A stretch of DNA of 64,000 bases from Octopus vulgaris (GCA_951406725.2 OX597819.1:106330001-106394000); one strand, 5' to 3'. Positions 26,150-39,439 are shown, numbered from the stretch's first letter. Translations and numbers: made by a program. The notes: generated from the sequence alone by a model not told the origin.

Positions 26150-26661
26150 TTATCCGGAGTGTTGCCATATCTAGAGGAAATCGTCGAATCACCATCGGTG
26201 AGTTATCAGAGGATGTGCAGATTAGTTACGTTTCAGTTATGTCCATCGTCACTGAAGATTTGGGTAGCAGACGCGTGTCTACCAAATTTCTGCCAAAAGT
26301 TCTTCTGGCTGACCAAAAGGAAATCCGGGTTTCAGTCACATAAGATCTCTTTCATTATGTCGAGAACGATGAACATTTTTGAAAACTTTGCGTAAATCTC
26401 TGAGAAGGTATCACCAAGCTTTCGGCAAAATTTGATGCAGATTCTTTGCTTAACTTTCTCTTTCATGGCCAATGCGACGATCACACGCTACACATCTTTA
26501 TTCCAAGCACTGCTGCAAACAGCGGTAGTAAGCTAGAACGTTAAAACTTACTTTATATGCACAGCAGAGTTCAAAGTTAATGTTTCAATTGGTTTCACTT
26601 TGAAAAGATTTAGCTTCGTCTCTATGGCAACAGTACGGATAATTATTGATCAGACCCCGTA
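26150..26661. mobile_element. Mariner derivative with inverted architecture
   Basis: Plus strand 26150-26390 reads NRRITIGELSEDVQIS..TEDLGSRRVSTKFLPK. Minus strand 26661-26390 has TIR TACGGGGTCTGATCAATAA and N-terminus QRICIKFCRKLGDT. Confidence 0.75.
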
Positions 26662-27437
26662 TGTGTGTGTGTGTGTGTGTGTGCGTGTGCGCGCGCGCGT
26701 GTGTGTGTGCGTGTGTGTTTTGTGTGTGAGTGAGTTTGTGTCTGTGCGTAACGAACGCCTATTATATTATTGCTAATATACGAGTGAAACTCAGAGATAG
26801 AGTGTCAGGGTGATGTAGTTCCTAAGCAGGGAAGTGGAAGATAGATGTGCTAGAAAATAGAAAGAAACAATGGTAGCTGCTATAGCTCAAAAAAATTATG
26901 GAAATGTGAAGAACTTTTGACTTGAATTTCTTAGAAATAAATCACTTCCCTCTTGGCGTGTAATGATGTGAGCGTGTGTGCAAGTGAAGTGTTTGACTGT
27001 GTCTGTGTTTGGCTCCCTCTCACTATCTGTGCATGTGTGTATATGTAGTTGTCTGTAGCCGCTTCTCTACGGTCTCTAAAGTGTCATGCGAATGACATTG
27101 TTGCTATTGTCACCTGATGTTTTCAACAATATCGTATGCGAATGTGATGCAGGTTACGAATAGTTTGTGGCTTTATTGTTGTTCTCCACTTGAAGATAGA
27201 CTAGATTTGTCTTCAGATACATTCCAACTCAGCCTGTCAGTCTATCAGTATTTAAGACGTCAGTGTCTAATTTCCCTGTGATTTGGCTGTTTTATCTTTC
27301 TTTTCCTTTCTTCTGTATAACATGTATCTATTTACGTATGTATGTATGTATGCATGCATGGGTGCATGTATGTATGTGAGTATGTGTATGTATATATGAA
27401 TGTATCTATATATGCATAGATATAAACATATATAAAC

Positions 27438-27496
<59 letters not shown>

Positions 27497-27498
<2 letters not shown>

Positions 27499-27622
27499 GG
27501 AGTAAGCACATAAATGTAAAACGAGGTGGAAAAAGAGTAATACGCTTTACTTAAAAACAGCAGAAATACAACAAAAGCTGTTACTCAGAGTTTCGCGTTC
27601 CTGTTCGTCGCACAGCTTTGTT
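27497..27622 (-). mobile_element. ~130 bp TA-flanked element with degenerate hammerhead (27570-27622)
   Basis: AACAAAGCTGT-GCGACGA-ACA(GGAA)CGC-GAAA-CTCTGAG-TA-ACAGCTTTTGTT: 11-bp stem I with one bulge, GUA site, mutated core. Confidence 0.55.
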
Positions 27623-27629
27623 ATATATA

Positions 27630-29500
27630 TATATAACTCTAATCTTCTTCAAAATAGGATCATCTGACTTCATAAATAAACTAGTTCCCCATTGGCATGT
27701 AATGCCTCTTCATGAATGCAACATGCAAGTTTTCAAAAGTGAAGGTGTCCAGGACTTTCAACTAGAACAAGCAAACGTCACAGGGAAAACGTCTTGGTTG
27801 TATGGAGACAGAGGGAGAGTTTTGATGGCCATCTTTTTCAGTTAATTGTTTACCATATGGAACTATGGACTGGTGCATTATCCTGGCGTAGGTGATCTAT
27901 TCTTTTGCGATGAAACCTCTTTCTGATCTTCCTCAAAGCATTCACAAAGTACTAGTTGTTGGCCTTCTGACAAGAGGGAACCCAGTGGCTGTATCAGGTC
28001 ATCCCATAACTTCTGTCCGAATTTTGAATAAAGAAAACAAGTGATCAAATGGTATATTTAAATGAAATTTAATCATCAATGTACCTTCCTGATTATCTAT
28101 GGCATCCTTCTATCTATGCACAAGCTTTTTAATCCCATCACTGTAAAACTCTTTTGGTTTCAAAGCGAAGAACACTGAAATGTCAGTTTCGACCTCCTCC
28201 TGGCTTGCGAAAGTTATGTTCCCCAAATGATTCTGTAAACTACGAAACAAATGGTAGTCTGAATGAGCAAGTTCGGGAGAATAAGTTGGAAGAGAAATTT
28301 TTTTCCGAACCAAGCTCTTCGATCTTCTGTGATGTGATCTTTGCAGTGTGGAGTTGCGCATTGTCCTGATGAAACATTACTCCTTTTCGATACACTAAAG
28401 CGGGTCTTTTTTTCTTCAAATCTTGATTTAAACGCTCTAATTGCTGACAATAGACTTGAGTTTTGATTGTTGTATTAGGTGGTAACAATTCAAAGTGAAT
28501 TACTCCTTTGCAATCCCGCCAGGTAGAGAGAAGAACCTTTTCCCATGAAGTTCCCTTCTCAGTTGTAGTTGAGCTTTTTCCCTTTTACGAAGCCACTGTT
28601 TACAACATTAAACATTTCGTCACCAGTCATAAGTCTATACAAAAAGGGTTAAATGAGTTCGCAAGAATGGAAAGAAGAGCAGATGTCAACTCGGGATTTG
28701 TGGTTGCTTTCGGATGACGATGAACACTTGTATGATTTAAACTATGCATTATTGCCAGTTCTTCAACTGATAATTCAGGATTTTCTTCAAGTAATGCTTC
28801 AAGGAGCTTATCATAAAACTCAACTGGACGTCTTGTTCGATCTTCATCTTCAAAGCTAAAATCTCCACTTCTGAATTTTGCAAACCATCTTCTGCAAGTT
28901 CTTTCATTCAAGCATTCTTTCTTATAAACTGAGTGTATGTTTCAAGCCGCTTCGGCTGCAGAGTTTCCTTTTTTGTACTCATAAAGCATTATGTGCCTCA
29001 ATTGCTCGTTGGATACTTCCATGTTAGAAAGGGATTTAATTAAAGAAATTTTAATTCGATTATTCTGTAAAATAACATTTAATTAGTTTAAATGTTCACA
29101 AATGCATAAAAATAATTCTTAATTCCATTAGACCTTCTGAAATATTTCATTCAATTTTAAAATAGGTAAAATCGGACAGGACTTATGGGATGACATGATA
29201 GAAGGTGCCCTTCGTGTCGAAAAAGGGTATCGTCATGACCTACTTCTTGTATTTATCTTCCCTGGCTCCTTATGCCAAAAGTAATCACATGCTCCACTCA
29301 TACAAGTTAATCCATTATCAAACTTGAGCATTTCGTAAGTTACTCTACCGTTTTTGCTCAGTTTAACACAAAACTTTCTTGCATAGTGAGCAGATTGTCT
29401 TCACATCACGTTTGAAATCTACAAACTGGTCAGTTGTGACAAGCACTGTTTCGGAAGGTGTGTTTAAAGTGCTGTTACTGTTGTTTTCTTCAATCTGGAA
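27630..29500 (-). mobile_element. Older, internally deleted mariner hosting a nested mariner
   Basis: YARKFCVKLSKNGRVTYEML..; IPFFDTKGTF|Y|SHWVP (split at TA by the insert); RKRFHRKR..QDNAPVH..KMAIKTLPLSPY..SYFEED*. Confidence 0.75.
27992..29200 (-). mobile_element. Mariner (DD34D) with TIRs; transposase pseudogene ~29022-28069
   Basis: TIRs TATCAGGTCATCCCATAACTTCTGTCCGA / TCGGACAGGACTTATGGGATGACATGATA. MEVSNEQLRHIMLYEYKKG..RRWFAKFRSG..FHQDNA..YSPELAHSDYHLFRSLQNHL..GRYIDD*; the WVPHEL region is deleted. Confidence 0.92.
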
Positions 29501-29651
29501 TAACAAACGTTATTAGATGTATGAGAATGATATACTAAAATCATTATGATCTAGAACTATTTTTAGCTACCCCTTCTAAAGAAATCCTCAGAACTTCTGG
29601 AGTGCATCTTCTGTGTTAGTTCTCACATGTTGCCGACCAATAATTCTTTTA

Positions 29652-29785
29652 CTAGTAGTAGCAGTAGTAGTAGTAGTAGCAGCAGCATTATTAGTACTAG
29701 TAGGAGTGGTAGTTGTGGTTGTAGTAGTGATGGTGGTGGTAGCGGTGGTGGTGGTGGTGCGTTGTTGCTGTTGGTGGTGGTGGTG
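29652..29785. repeat. (GTA)n/(GTG)n trinucleotide repeat
   Basis: Directly visible. Confidence 0.9.
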
Positions 29786-30840
29786 TTTTTACTAGAATCA
29801 ATGCTACATTATCTAATGTGTTATGCTTGTATTTTTGGATTATAATGCTTAAATTGACTTGGGGGATGCGTATGGATGTCATTCTTAGCAAGTGAAACCG
29901 CTTCCCACCTCTTGGTTCGTAACAGGCTCATGACACAAAATTTTGAAATAAATAAGGATAATTCATTTATTATTTGATCTCGGAAAGCCATTTCAGTGAA
30001 TGAATGTAAGATTTCTTCCCAGCTCTTGTTACTTTTGCGTTGTTCCTACACAAAATTTGATAATTGTATGGCATTAAAGTCAATCTTCGGTTGGAGATTT
30101 TTTGCATTCTATTTCATTTTCTCTTTGAAAATCAATTGAGTGTTTGAAATAAAACAGCCTTCCTTGTTTGACAGAAACTGTGCATTGTTTTTCTCTCTTT
30201 TTTAATCGTATGTTGATTATACGATGCATCTGAATTAAACCTTTCAAGCAAACCTCTTTGTGTGTTCTAAATTTCTGATCGAAAATGTTCGTGACATTTT
30301 GTAATCACAAATAAAGCATAAGACGATGACATAGCCAACATATTGTTTATTTTCCTATTGATTTCATTAAATATATAATTAAAATGCTATTATTCCTTAA
30401 CTCATTCGACTTTCCAGTTAATTAGTTTTGTTGTTTAGCAATAGATCAGCTTTTACAGAGCAGACATATATGCATGAAATACATTGAAATCACGATCATC
30501 TACTTGCTTTCTGACATTGTTCTGTAATATAGAGCCTGGACCTCTGTTTTCAAAGCAAGCTAGCCGTAATTTGGAGGCAATTCGGTTGCAATATCTAATA
30601 ACGCAAACAGTATTACCCACTGGGTTGCTTGTAAATCTCATACAATAGCTTTTGCACGGAGAGAATCTATTCAAATTCACTCACAAAAATTCTAGCATCA
30701 CAAGGCACTAGTCGAAAAAAAGATCTGACGAATGTTGGGATACTATACATACATACATGCATAGATACACAAACATATACATTTATGCATATATACATAT
30801 ATATATATATATATATATTATATATGTGTGTACAAGGGTG

Positions 30841-30875
<35 letters not shown>

Positions 30876-31177
30876 GTATATATATATACATAAAGTATAT
30901 ATATATATAAATACATATATACATGTATACACACATATATATGTAGGATATGTCGAATCGATCGTCGTACTGAATAAAGATTCGTACTAAATCCATTTTC
31001 CGTTTTATTTATCAACATTAAACTCAACAAACACTGCGGATTTCCTGACATAGAACGAGTGAAAATTATAACCCTACTGTAGATGACGTCAGTTAGCCTA
31101 AACGGCGAATGTGCTTTAATCAATATACCAATGGACATATACCTAAACACCATATATACATATATATATATACACAT

Positions 31178-31596
31178 ATAGTTGATAAAGGAAACGGAAG
31201 ATGGATTTAGTACGAATCTTTATTCAGTACGATGATCGTTTCGACACAACCTACATCTGTCCCATAAGATATTGTGCATCTTGTTGCGTTGCATCAATCA
31301 GTGCAGGTGTTTGGTGTAGAAAAATATACTGACATCCCTTTGGTATGTTGTTCTGACAGAACGTTAACGGTAACATTCTGTCAACAACCAGCGAGTACAC
31401 CATGTCCAATAGAGCTCACTATACCTTATGGGATATTTTTCTGCACCAAGTACTTGTAGTGACATGGCCTCCACTGATTGATGCAACGCAACCAGATGCA
31501 CAATATCCAATGGGAATGATGCAGGATGTGGCGAAATGGTTGTCGTGCTGAATAAAGATTCACACTAAATCTATGTTCCGTTTCCTTTATCAACTA
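31178..31596. repeat. ~420 bp imperfect fold-back element; extra partial arm at 30941-31018
   Basis: 31178-31308 is the reverse complement of 31468-31596; inner pairs TTGGTGTAGAAAAATAT/ATATTTTTCTGCACCAA and TGACAGAA/TTCTGTCA. Confidence 0.85.
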
Positions 31597-31626
31597 TTAT
31601 TATTATTACTATAATCATCATCATCA

Positions 31627-31681
<55 letters not shown>

Positions 31682-31682
31682 G

Positions 31683-31760
<78 letters not shown>

Positions 31761-31965
31761 TCTCCTTATCACAGGTTCTGTTGGCGCTCCTGGAGTCTTA
31801 TATGTATTGCGGGTTTGCTACCTACCGCCTCCGGTACCATGCTATCCATTCTTTTCAGCGATCTAATACTTTCCTCATTATTCTGGCCGTGCCAAGGAGA
31901 CAAACCGTTTGTATCTGTTCTACTGGGCACTCTATTCCAATTATATTCCGCTTGATGCCTTAAGA
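31596..31965 (-). mobile_element. R4/Dong-like non-LTR retrotransposon 3' end with (TAA)n tail/target
   Basis: Minus strand IIGIECPVEQIQTVCLLGTARIMRKVLDR*, ~90 nt UTR, then ~160 bp of (TAA)n. Confidence 0.7.
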
Positions 31966-32309
31966 CACTGACCCAACAATAACTAGTATTATGTTCACCT
32001 TCATTTATTATTATCATTATCACTATTATTTTTATTATTAAAGATCTTATGTGTTGCAGTGTACATACATACATACATACACGCATTCACACATGCATAG
32101 ATACTTACATACTTAAATACATACATACGTACATACACACACATACATACATACATACATAAATACATGCATACATACATACATGCATACATACATACAT
32201 GTATGCATACATACATACATACATACATACATACATACATGCATACATGCATACATACATACATACATACATACATACATACATACATACATAAGTACAT
32301 ACATAGATC

Positions 32310-32930
32310 ATCCCTGTACATATTTAGTTCACTACTGGATGAAGGCCTCAGCATGTTCTGTCCGCCAACCATGTTTGAGTGCCGAAGAACTTAACAAAGT
32401 ATTCATTCCAAAATCTGCATTGTCTTCTTTTTTTCTGTCCCTGGTGTCTATTCTGTCAGTTTGTTATTCCATCTATTATCTTTTCTTCCAAATACATGTT
32501 CCGTGAACGACCTTTTCAGGATTTTCATTTTTCAGATAATGTCCGTTAAACCTTTTATCCTGTAGTTTCTTCTCTTATAATTTTGTTAATCTTCACCCTT
32601 CTCCTTTCCTTGGCTCTTTGTGTTGATCTTAATTTATTTTCAATGCGCTCGTTGGCAGTCCATGTTTGTGATGCATACATAATGGTAGCAGAAAACATTG
32701 AATGAAGACCTTCCTTTTAGACAGTGACACGTTACTACTCATGGTGTATTTCAAAATGCCTGTCCTAATTGGTTTACTCGTTCAATTTCTTTGGTCTAAT
32801 ATTTTTCCTTTAAGCAAATTAATTATCCAATATAATTCGTTGAATTCACAGTTTTGGCATAAACAGACCTCCCGACTTGTGTCCTTTATACTAAGCCACC
32901 TGATGATACACGCTATTATTTATTGCTATA
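32310..32930 (-). mobile_element. RTE-clade LINE 3' remnant
   Basis: IMYASQTWTANERIENKLRSTQRAKER..GRKDNRWNNKL..EAFIQ; followed by (TATG)n. Confidence 0.7.
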
Positions 32931-35639
32931 TCTGCTTCAAATTACAATGTTTTTAAAAAATATTTCACGTTCTTACGCAAGTGTCTGAGTTTGTGTGTAT
33001 GTGTTTGTGTGTGTGTGTGAGAGAGAAAGAGAGAAAGAGAGAGAAAGTGAGAGAGAGCGTGTGTGTGCGTGTGTGTGTGTGTGTGCATGACAATTTGTGA
33101 CGAACACTTCGCCTACGTAGTTTCAGTTTATGGTAGAAAATATTTGCACATGTTGTGTTCGAACTTTATACCACTGCCCTACAAAAGCCTTATGAAGAAA
33201 ATCAATATGGAAGTAATTTCAAAGAAAATTTATACCTCCTACCAAAATTAATTTTTACAACTCTACGTTGATCGTTTCAGAATTAATTAATTTAAACCTG
33301 TTATTGGTATCAATTAATGAGTCCCGAGAAGATTCGTATAATTAGGTTAGTAGTTAATGATGCAAAGGTGAATGAGATATAATAAAGTTACATATAAGAT
33401 ACATCATGCGAAACAAATCAATGGGGGAATCTAAAAGTGATGAGTAAATTTGATTGAAAAAGGCAACACATCACATTCAGCTGACATAAAACCTTCGAGA
33501 ATATAGGCATAAATTTATGTTGTTGTAGTTGTATAAACTATACATTATATGATGTATGGTACCAAGTAGAATGGCTTTGGTTATTTGTTAGATCAAATCT
33601 GATTAGGAGCGAAAACACAACAACAATTGCCATATATTCAGCAATAGCTGCTGTTGTGTTACTGTCAACATTTAACACCAGGCTGGTCATAATCGAGTAG
33701 GTCTCTGATTACAGGTATTCCAGACATGCCATGTCAACCAGCATTTTTGTATTCTTAAAGCAGTATGTGACTCGATTAATTTATCTGGTGTAACGTGCCT
33801 CTGTTAAGAAGTTAAGCTTTGAACTGAAGGTGACATAGTAGCTCTTTCTACCAAGTCAAATGGATACAAGGACATCTCTGAATGGAATGCATATTTATTT
33901 TTTATATCTAGTTTACCTCTGTGTGTGTGTGTGTGTGTATTTATATCATTTATGATTGTGCTTATTCATACATATGTATGAAATATTCAAGAATGGAAAT
34001 GAAGGATCATCCAATACCTTTCAGTAGATTATCATGTACATTTCACTTTTAAAGTAAAACATTAGCTACTACTTCCAAGTTGCGGTTTGATAACCTTCCC
34101 ACCTAGTGTATTGCGTTGGTTTTATAAGTCTTATACCTAAATTTGAAGGTAGATCAATGTATATGCAAGTAAATGGTATCAAACTATATATTCTGGCGTC
34201 TGTAAAAAATATCTTTATAACTCGTTCATTGGATGGGCGAAAAATCTGGGGATAAAGTAGTCTAATGGAAATAATGATAATGATAAGAAGGGGGAGAGTC
34301 AGCAAATATTTATAAGAAAGAGTTAGAAACAAAAGGATGGCAGGGATATTTCCTTTTGCTTTGAAAGTAAAAGCTTTGTTGAAACTAGTTTTGTAGCATC
34401 GAAGTTATTGATTGTTTACATATTATTGCTTGTATCTTAAAATTTCCAAGGGAAATCCGTCGTGTATGTTGATATGCTGGAGAAAGCGGTTTACTAGGTA
34501 CACAAAAGAATATATTGCATGAGTTCAGTGAACAAATATGTTCACTTTTAGCTACAGTACGCTTCGTGCAGACTTAAGCACCACTTTTGTTTTCTCTAAT
34601 TTCTCTGTCGACCAAAAGCAGTGCAGGCATTGGAGAAGAAACCCATTATTTTGTAAATATTGTTATATGAGTGAGCCACCAGATGATAACCGTTTATGTT
34701 CAAAGAATTGAGAATTAGTGTTGATTTGGATTTAATGTTTAACTCATTTAATTTTCAACTCATTAATAAGTTTACTTGGTATGCGAGAGCAAGCAAAAAT
34801 ACCTACCTCACAGTTGCAGACTGTATGAATAATTACAATTGAAAATATATGAAAATATAAGGTAGAGGTATGCATCTTGTTTGAAACTACTGTTCACATT
34901 TATCGTTTCCCCTCAGAGCAAGATTAGATTTGAAGCAGGCCTGCATGCCACTTTGTATTTCGACAAACGTTTCAACAAATTCATCTGGGTTTCTCAAGTA
35001 AGACGTTTTAGGTAGTTCAGCTCTAATTAGTTATTCTCTGCTTTCTACACGCCTCCTGCAACTCTCCAGCCCTTAAGATTAAGATAAAATGTACGGTGAT
35101 TCGGCCTTTTGAAAATTCACATTGAGATTATGGGATGGGGATTGGGCATACGTTTGTTTGCAAACGATTCGATAACATTTTCGTAAATATCTTATCAACA
35201 GTTAAAATGTTCGGAAATACGGTGAAATTTACCACGTTTCAATTTAACGTTTTCCTTTGCGTAGCGATATCAGTATGGCACCTTTCCAAGCATGTGGAAG
35301 TGGTAAAACATTCTACATATTGACAACCAATCGTGTCGCAAGATCAGTCACTACATACGCAGCAATCTTAATAACAGTAGCCTGTAGTTATAACAATTAA
35401 TAACTATCATATCAAAACTTAAGGTATTGATTGAGTTGATCTGTTTAATGGCAATATTGACTTAACTTGAGCTGCAATTATGGTTATTGATGGACCGGAC
35501 GATGCGTTATGTTTTTGAGCGCTCAACTGGCAAAAAAGAATGATCTTGCGACGACCGGTGTTCTGTCCTGAGTAGAATGTATACGCCGCAAAATCCGAGA
35601 AACCGGACACATGAGCACATGGCTTAGGAAGGAACACTT

Positions 35640-36110
35640 TTGATCATGTACTGTAATTTCTACATCTTTTCTCAATAACATAGTACTGAGAAAGATTTCT
35701 ATAATATTTTCATCTATTTAGTTTTTGTGCTCTCTCCTTGACTTCACAATAACTTCGGTATCACTGATCAAGGTATATTTATCTTTGAAACAGAGAGGAA
35801 TAGTAGTCGACCAGCGCGGATTAAATATCTTGGTACAGAAGTTCCACATTGATTTAGAGTCATTTTTCACCTCACTTTTCCTCGCAACGCCGATATATTG
35901 GGCGTCAATAACTCCTATTTCCTCAAATGTTCTTTTTCAAATAAAGTAGAATTCAGAAATTTCTTTAGTAATTTATACTCGATGTCTAGGAACACAGATA
36001 TATCTGATTTAATTTCATCGAACCAATCTTTGTCTGTGCGTGTCCTGAGGTTCAATATATTGGCAGGAGTGACATAAACTTTTGTTTGAAGTTTGACCAT
36101 GAAACATCTG
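35640..36110 (-). mobile_element. RTE-like LINE inter-domain remnant
   Basis: PANILNLRTRTDKDWFDEIKSDISVFL (DWFDE motif). Confidence 0.5.
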
Positions 36111-36621
36111 ACAGTGAATTACCAAGAGCTTTACGAATATCGATCTTATATCGACTAAGTTCTCAATAAGAACAATATATAAGCACATATCCTTACTCGT
36201 GTACACACACAAACGCTCACACACATACGCACACAGTCATACACACATGCTTACACACACATACACGCATACTTATACACACACATTAATATACATGTGT
36301 GTATACGCACACAATCAATCATACATACACACACAAATATACTTATTCAAAGATAGGCAATATACGTAAAAAAATGAGAGTGAAAGAAAGAGACACAGAC
36401 AGTCAGACAGATGGAGAGAAGGAAAGAGAGAAAGAGAGAGAGAGAGAGAGAGACAGACAGAAAGAGCGCATATGATTTCTTCAAGAAACAATATTCTAGG
36501 AAATTATGAAAATGAACGTGTGCTGGAGGGAAAAACATCTATATTCATACACACAACTCTAACTAACAATATTCATATATGAAGTTTAAATGTTTTATCA
36601 AAAAAATCACAGACTTATCTC

Positions 36622-36675
<54 letters not shown>

Positions 36676-36766
36676 CGCGCGCGCACACACCCACCCACCA
36701 CATATACATACATAGATATATACACATACATATACATTCATACATATATACATACATACATATATA

Positions 36767-36950
36767 TAGTTGAATTTTACAGAAAAACAAAAGACCAAGA
36801 CAGGTGTATAAACAACAAGTAGCTGTATTAGTTTGACGCTCGGCAAGTTGAGGAAGTCTTTTACGTTTCGAGCCTATCCTCTTCAACAGAAAGGTATACG
36901 AGGAAATAACAGAGGGAGAATAAAAAAACCTGTGGATTTAGCGGTCAGTC
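36767..36950 (-). mobile_element. ~190 bp microsatellite-flanked pLTR-like element with hammerhead motif (36858-36893)
   Basis: CTTT-CTGTTGA-A-GAGG(ATAG)GCTC-GAAA-CG-TA-AAAG; ends AAC|TATA; homologous layout to 9091-9309. Confidence 0.6.
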
Positions 36951-37000
36951 ACACATACGCACGCAGACACACATACATACATACATGCATACATATATAC

Positions 37001-37072
<72 letters not shown>

Positions 37073-37179
37073 GTATGTGTGTATATATGTATGTATGTAT
37101 ATATGTATATATTTGTGTATATATCTTTCTCATGGGGATTTCTTCCTCATGACAATTACAAAACTAGTTATCTTCTGCC

Positions 37180-37590
37180 TTTTATTTCATTCAGTCGGTA
37201 GAATGTGGCCATGTTGAGACAACGTCTTGAAAATATTTCATTCAAGTGAATCGACTCTAAAACTTTCTTTTTTTGTTAAGCCTGGGACTTATTCTCTCGG
37301 TTACTTTTATTCTCTCGGTTACTGACAGCACAGGTTGTCATGCAGTGGTGGGGTATAAACAGACACGCACACACAGACAGACACATACACATACACACAC
37401 GTACACATACACACATTTATATATACAGCATTCCTTTCTTTAGCCTCCGTGTACCATGTCCACTCACAATGCTTTGGTCGGCCTCAAGCCGTTGCAGAAG
37501 CCGCATCCCCGAAGGTTCCATGCAGTGGGACTGAACTCAGAGCCTTGTGGTTGGAAAGCAAACTTCTTACCACACAGTCACACCTGCGCT
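37180..37590 (-). mobile_element. Family C SINE, full length, diverged
   Basis: Reverse complement of 53674-54070 features, including head, internal (CA)n and CATGGCC tail. Confidence 0.8.
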
Positions 37591-37796
37591 TTAGTTATTT
37601 TCTGGAATTGCTTTTATGAAGTTATTTAACTTTCGGTATTTAACATGTAAATCACTATGAAATTAATGTATAACATGGGAAAATTTACTTGAGATGAAAA
37701 TAATGTTTAAATTCATTGTTGCTGTTGTTATGGTTGTTGAGCCGTAGGTCAACACCTATATACCAAATCTATGATAGAACATATAGCACTCCATCA

Positions 37797-38060
37797 CTGC
37801 TCGTGAAATTAACGTGCAAGTGGCCGAGCACTCCGCAGATACGTGTAACTTTAACATAATTCTGAGGGAAATTCGTTGTGATACAAAATGTGAAAAAGCT
37901 GGCCTTTTGGAATACAGGCACTACTTATTTATGCCTGCTAATTGGACTGGAGCAACGTGAACTAAAGTGTCTTGCTCAAGGACACAACGCATTGCCGGGA
38001 ATTGAACTCATGACATTACGATCATGTGCCGAATACCTTAACCTTAAGCCACGCACCTTT
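37797..38060 (-). mobile_element. tRNA SINE, CORE-like centre, tail type 1
   Basis: Minus strand GGTGCGTGGCTT..GAGTTCAATTCC..GTTGTGTCCTTGAGCAAGACACTT..; matches 10135-10460. Confidence 0.8.
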
Positions 38061-39392
38061 ACTATAATAGAAAACATAAACATGATAAGCTTCAATATTT
38101 TGATTATACAATGTAAGCCTAACTATATTTTCATTATGCAATGTAGGCAACCTTCTGATGGGGATGTGGCTAAAGTTCGTTCTGGTGTAATTACCCAGTT
38201 AGTGTTGTGTGGTTATCGGTTTTGTTCTCGCCTTGTCTCATATCAGTCGCGGTCGAACAAATCTATGATCGAGGTCGTTCTAACAGAGATAAACCTATAT
38301 CTGTCTGTTATTTTGTGACGACATGTTAGAAGAAGTGTAGAGTATGCTTTCAAAAAGACTTGGTTGTTATTCTAACTCCGTCAAACAGCCATATAGTGTG
38401 TTCTGCGAGTTTCATTTCATTCAGCATTCGATTTATAATTAGAATAATAATTTACAAAAAAAATAAAATAATAATAATAAATGAATGAGTGGAGAAATAT
38501 ATAAATAAATAACAAATGGTCGATAAGACAGTGAAGTCAAATTTGTTTTCTTTCTAGATTAGTGGTGGAGAAAACTTATCGATGAACGGCTGGAGAATGC
38601 AAAATTAATGTCAATGTAAGAATTACAACCAGAAATTTCCAATATAAATCAAAATGTACAGTAAGAAGAAAAAGTAGAAAAAATTAAAGGCGATAAAGGA
38701 AAAAAAAACACAGCAGTGAAAACAGGGATAGATCTTTCAGGTTTCAGATGAATTAAACATACGTGGGTAGAAGTAGGAGGGAGAGAGAAAGAGAGATGGA
38801 GGAGAGAGAAAAAAGAGAAAGGAAATGGAAAAATGCAAATGAAGAATATCAAATGAGAAGAGGAAGAAAGATCATGCAGTTCGAATATAAATTAAAAAAA
38901 AGGTAGAATTTAGAAGAAAAAAGAGGAAAAAGGTGAACATTTTTGAAAAGTAATTCCCTCTATTCAAATTATGAAGAAGGAAAATAAGGAAATAAGCACA
39001 CAAGATTATAAGAAAATACGTATACAAATGTTTCTAAACGGTTTTAGTCTTCTGGGAAATCTATGATGAAATTACTTTCGAAGAAACGAGTGGCTGGTTA
39101 CTGGTGGCTTCAGTCATTTTTACATGTAACAAAGTTGACTGTATACAATAGGTACATACATGGCTGTGTGGTTAAGGAATACGTACAGATTTATATCTAC
39201 AAATGTGTACATAAATGTTCGTTGTTATACTAGTATTGGTATGAACCCACATAGCGATTAACCTGTGAAATAACATGCATGAGTATATTCCCTTATGTAT
39301 GCACATATATGTATGTATGTGTGTATGTGTGAGTGCACGTATTTGATTGTATGCACGTATATGTGGACGTATACGCATCTACATGCCTGTTG

Positions 39393-39439
<47 letters not shown>

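Noticed and set aside
29613-29845. Hydrophobic poly-Val or Ser/Gly-rich ORFs resembling membrane peptides
   Set aside because: Products of GTA/GTG trinucleotide repeats.
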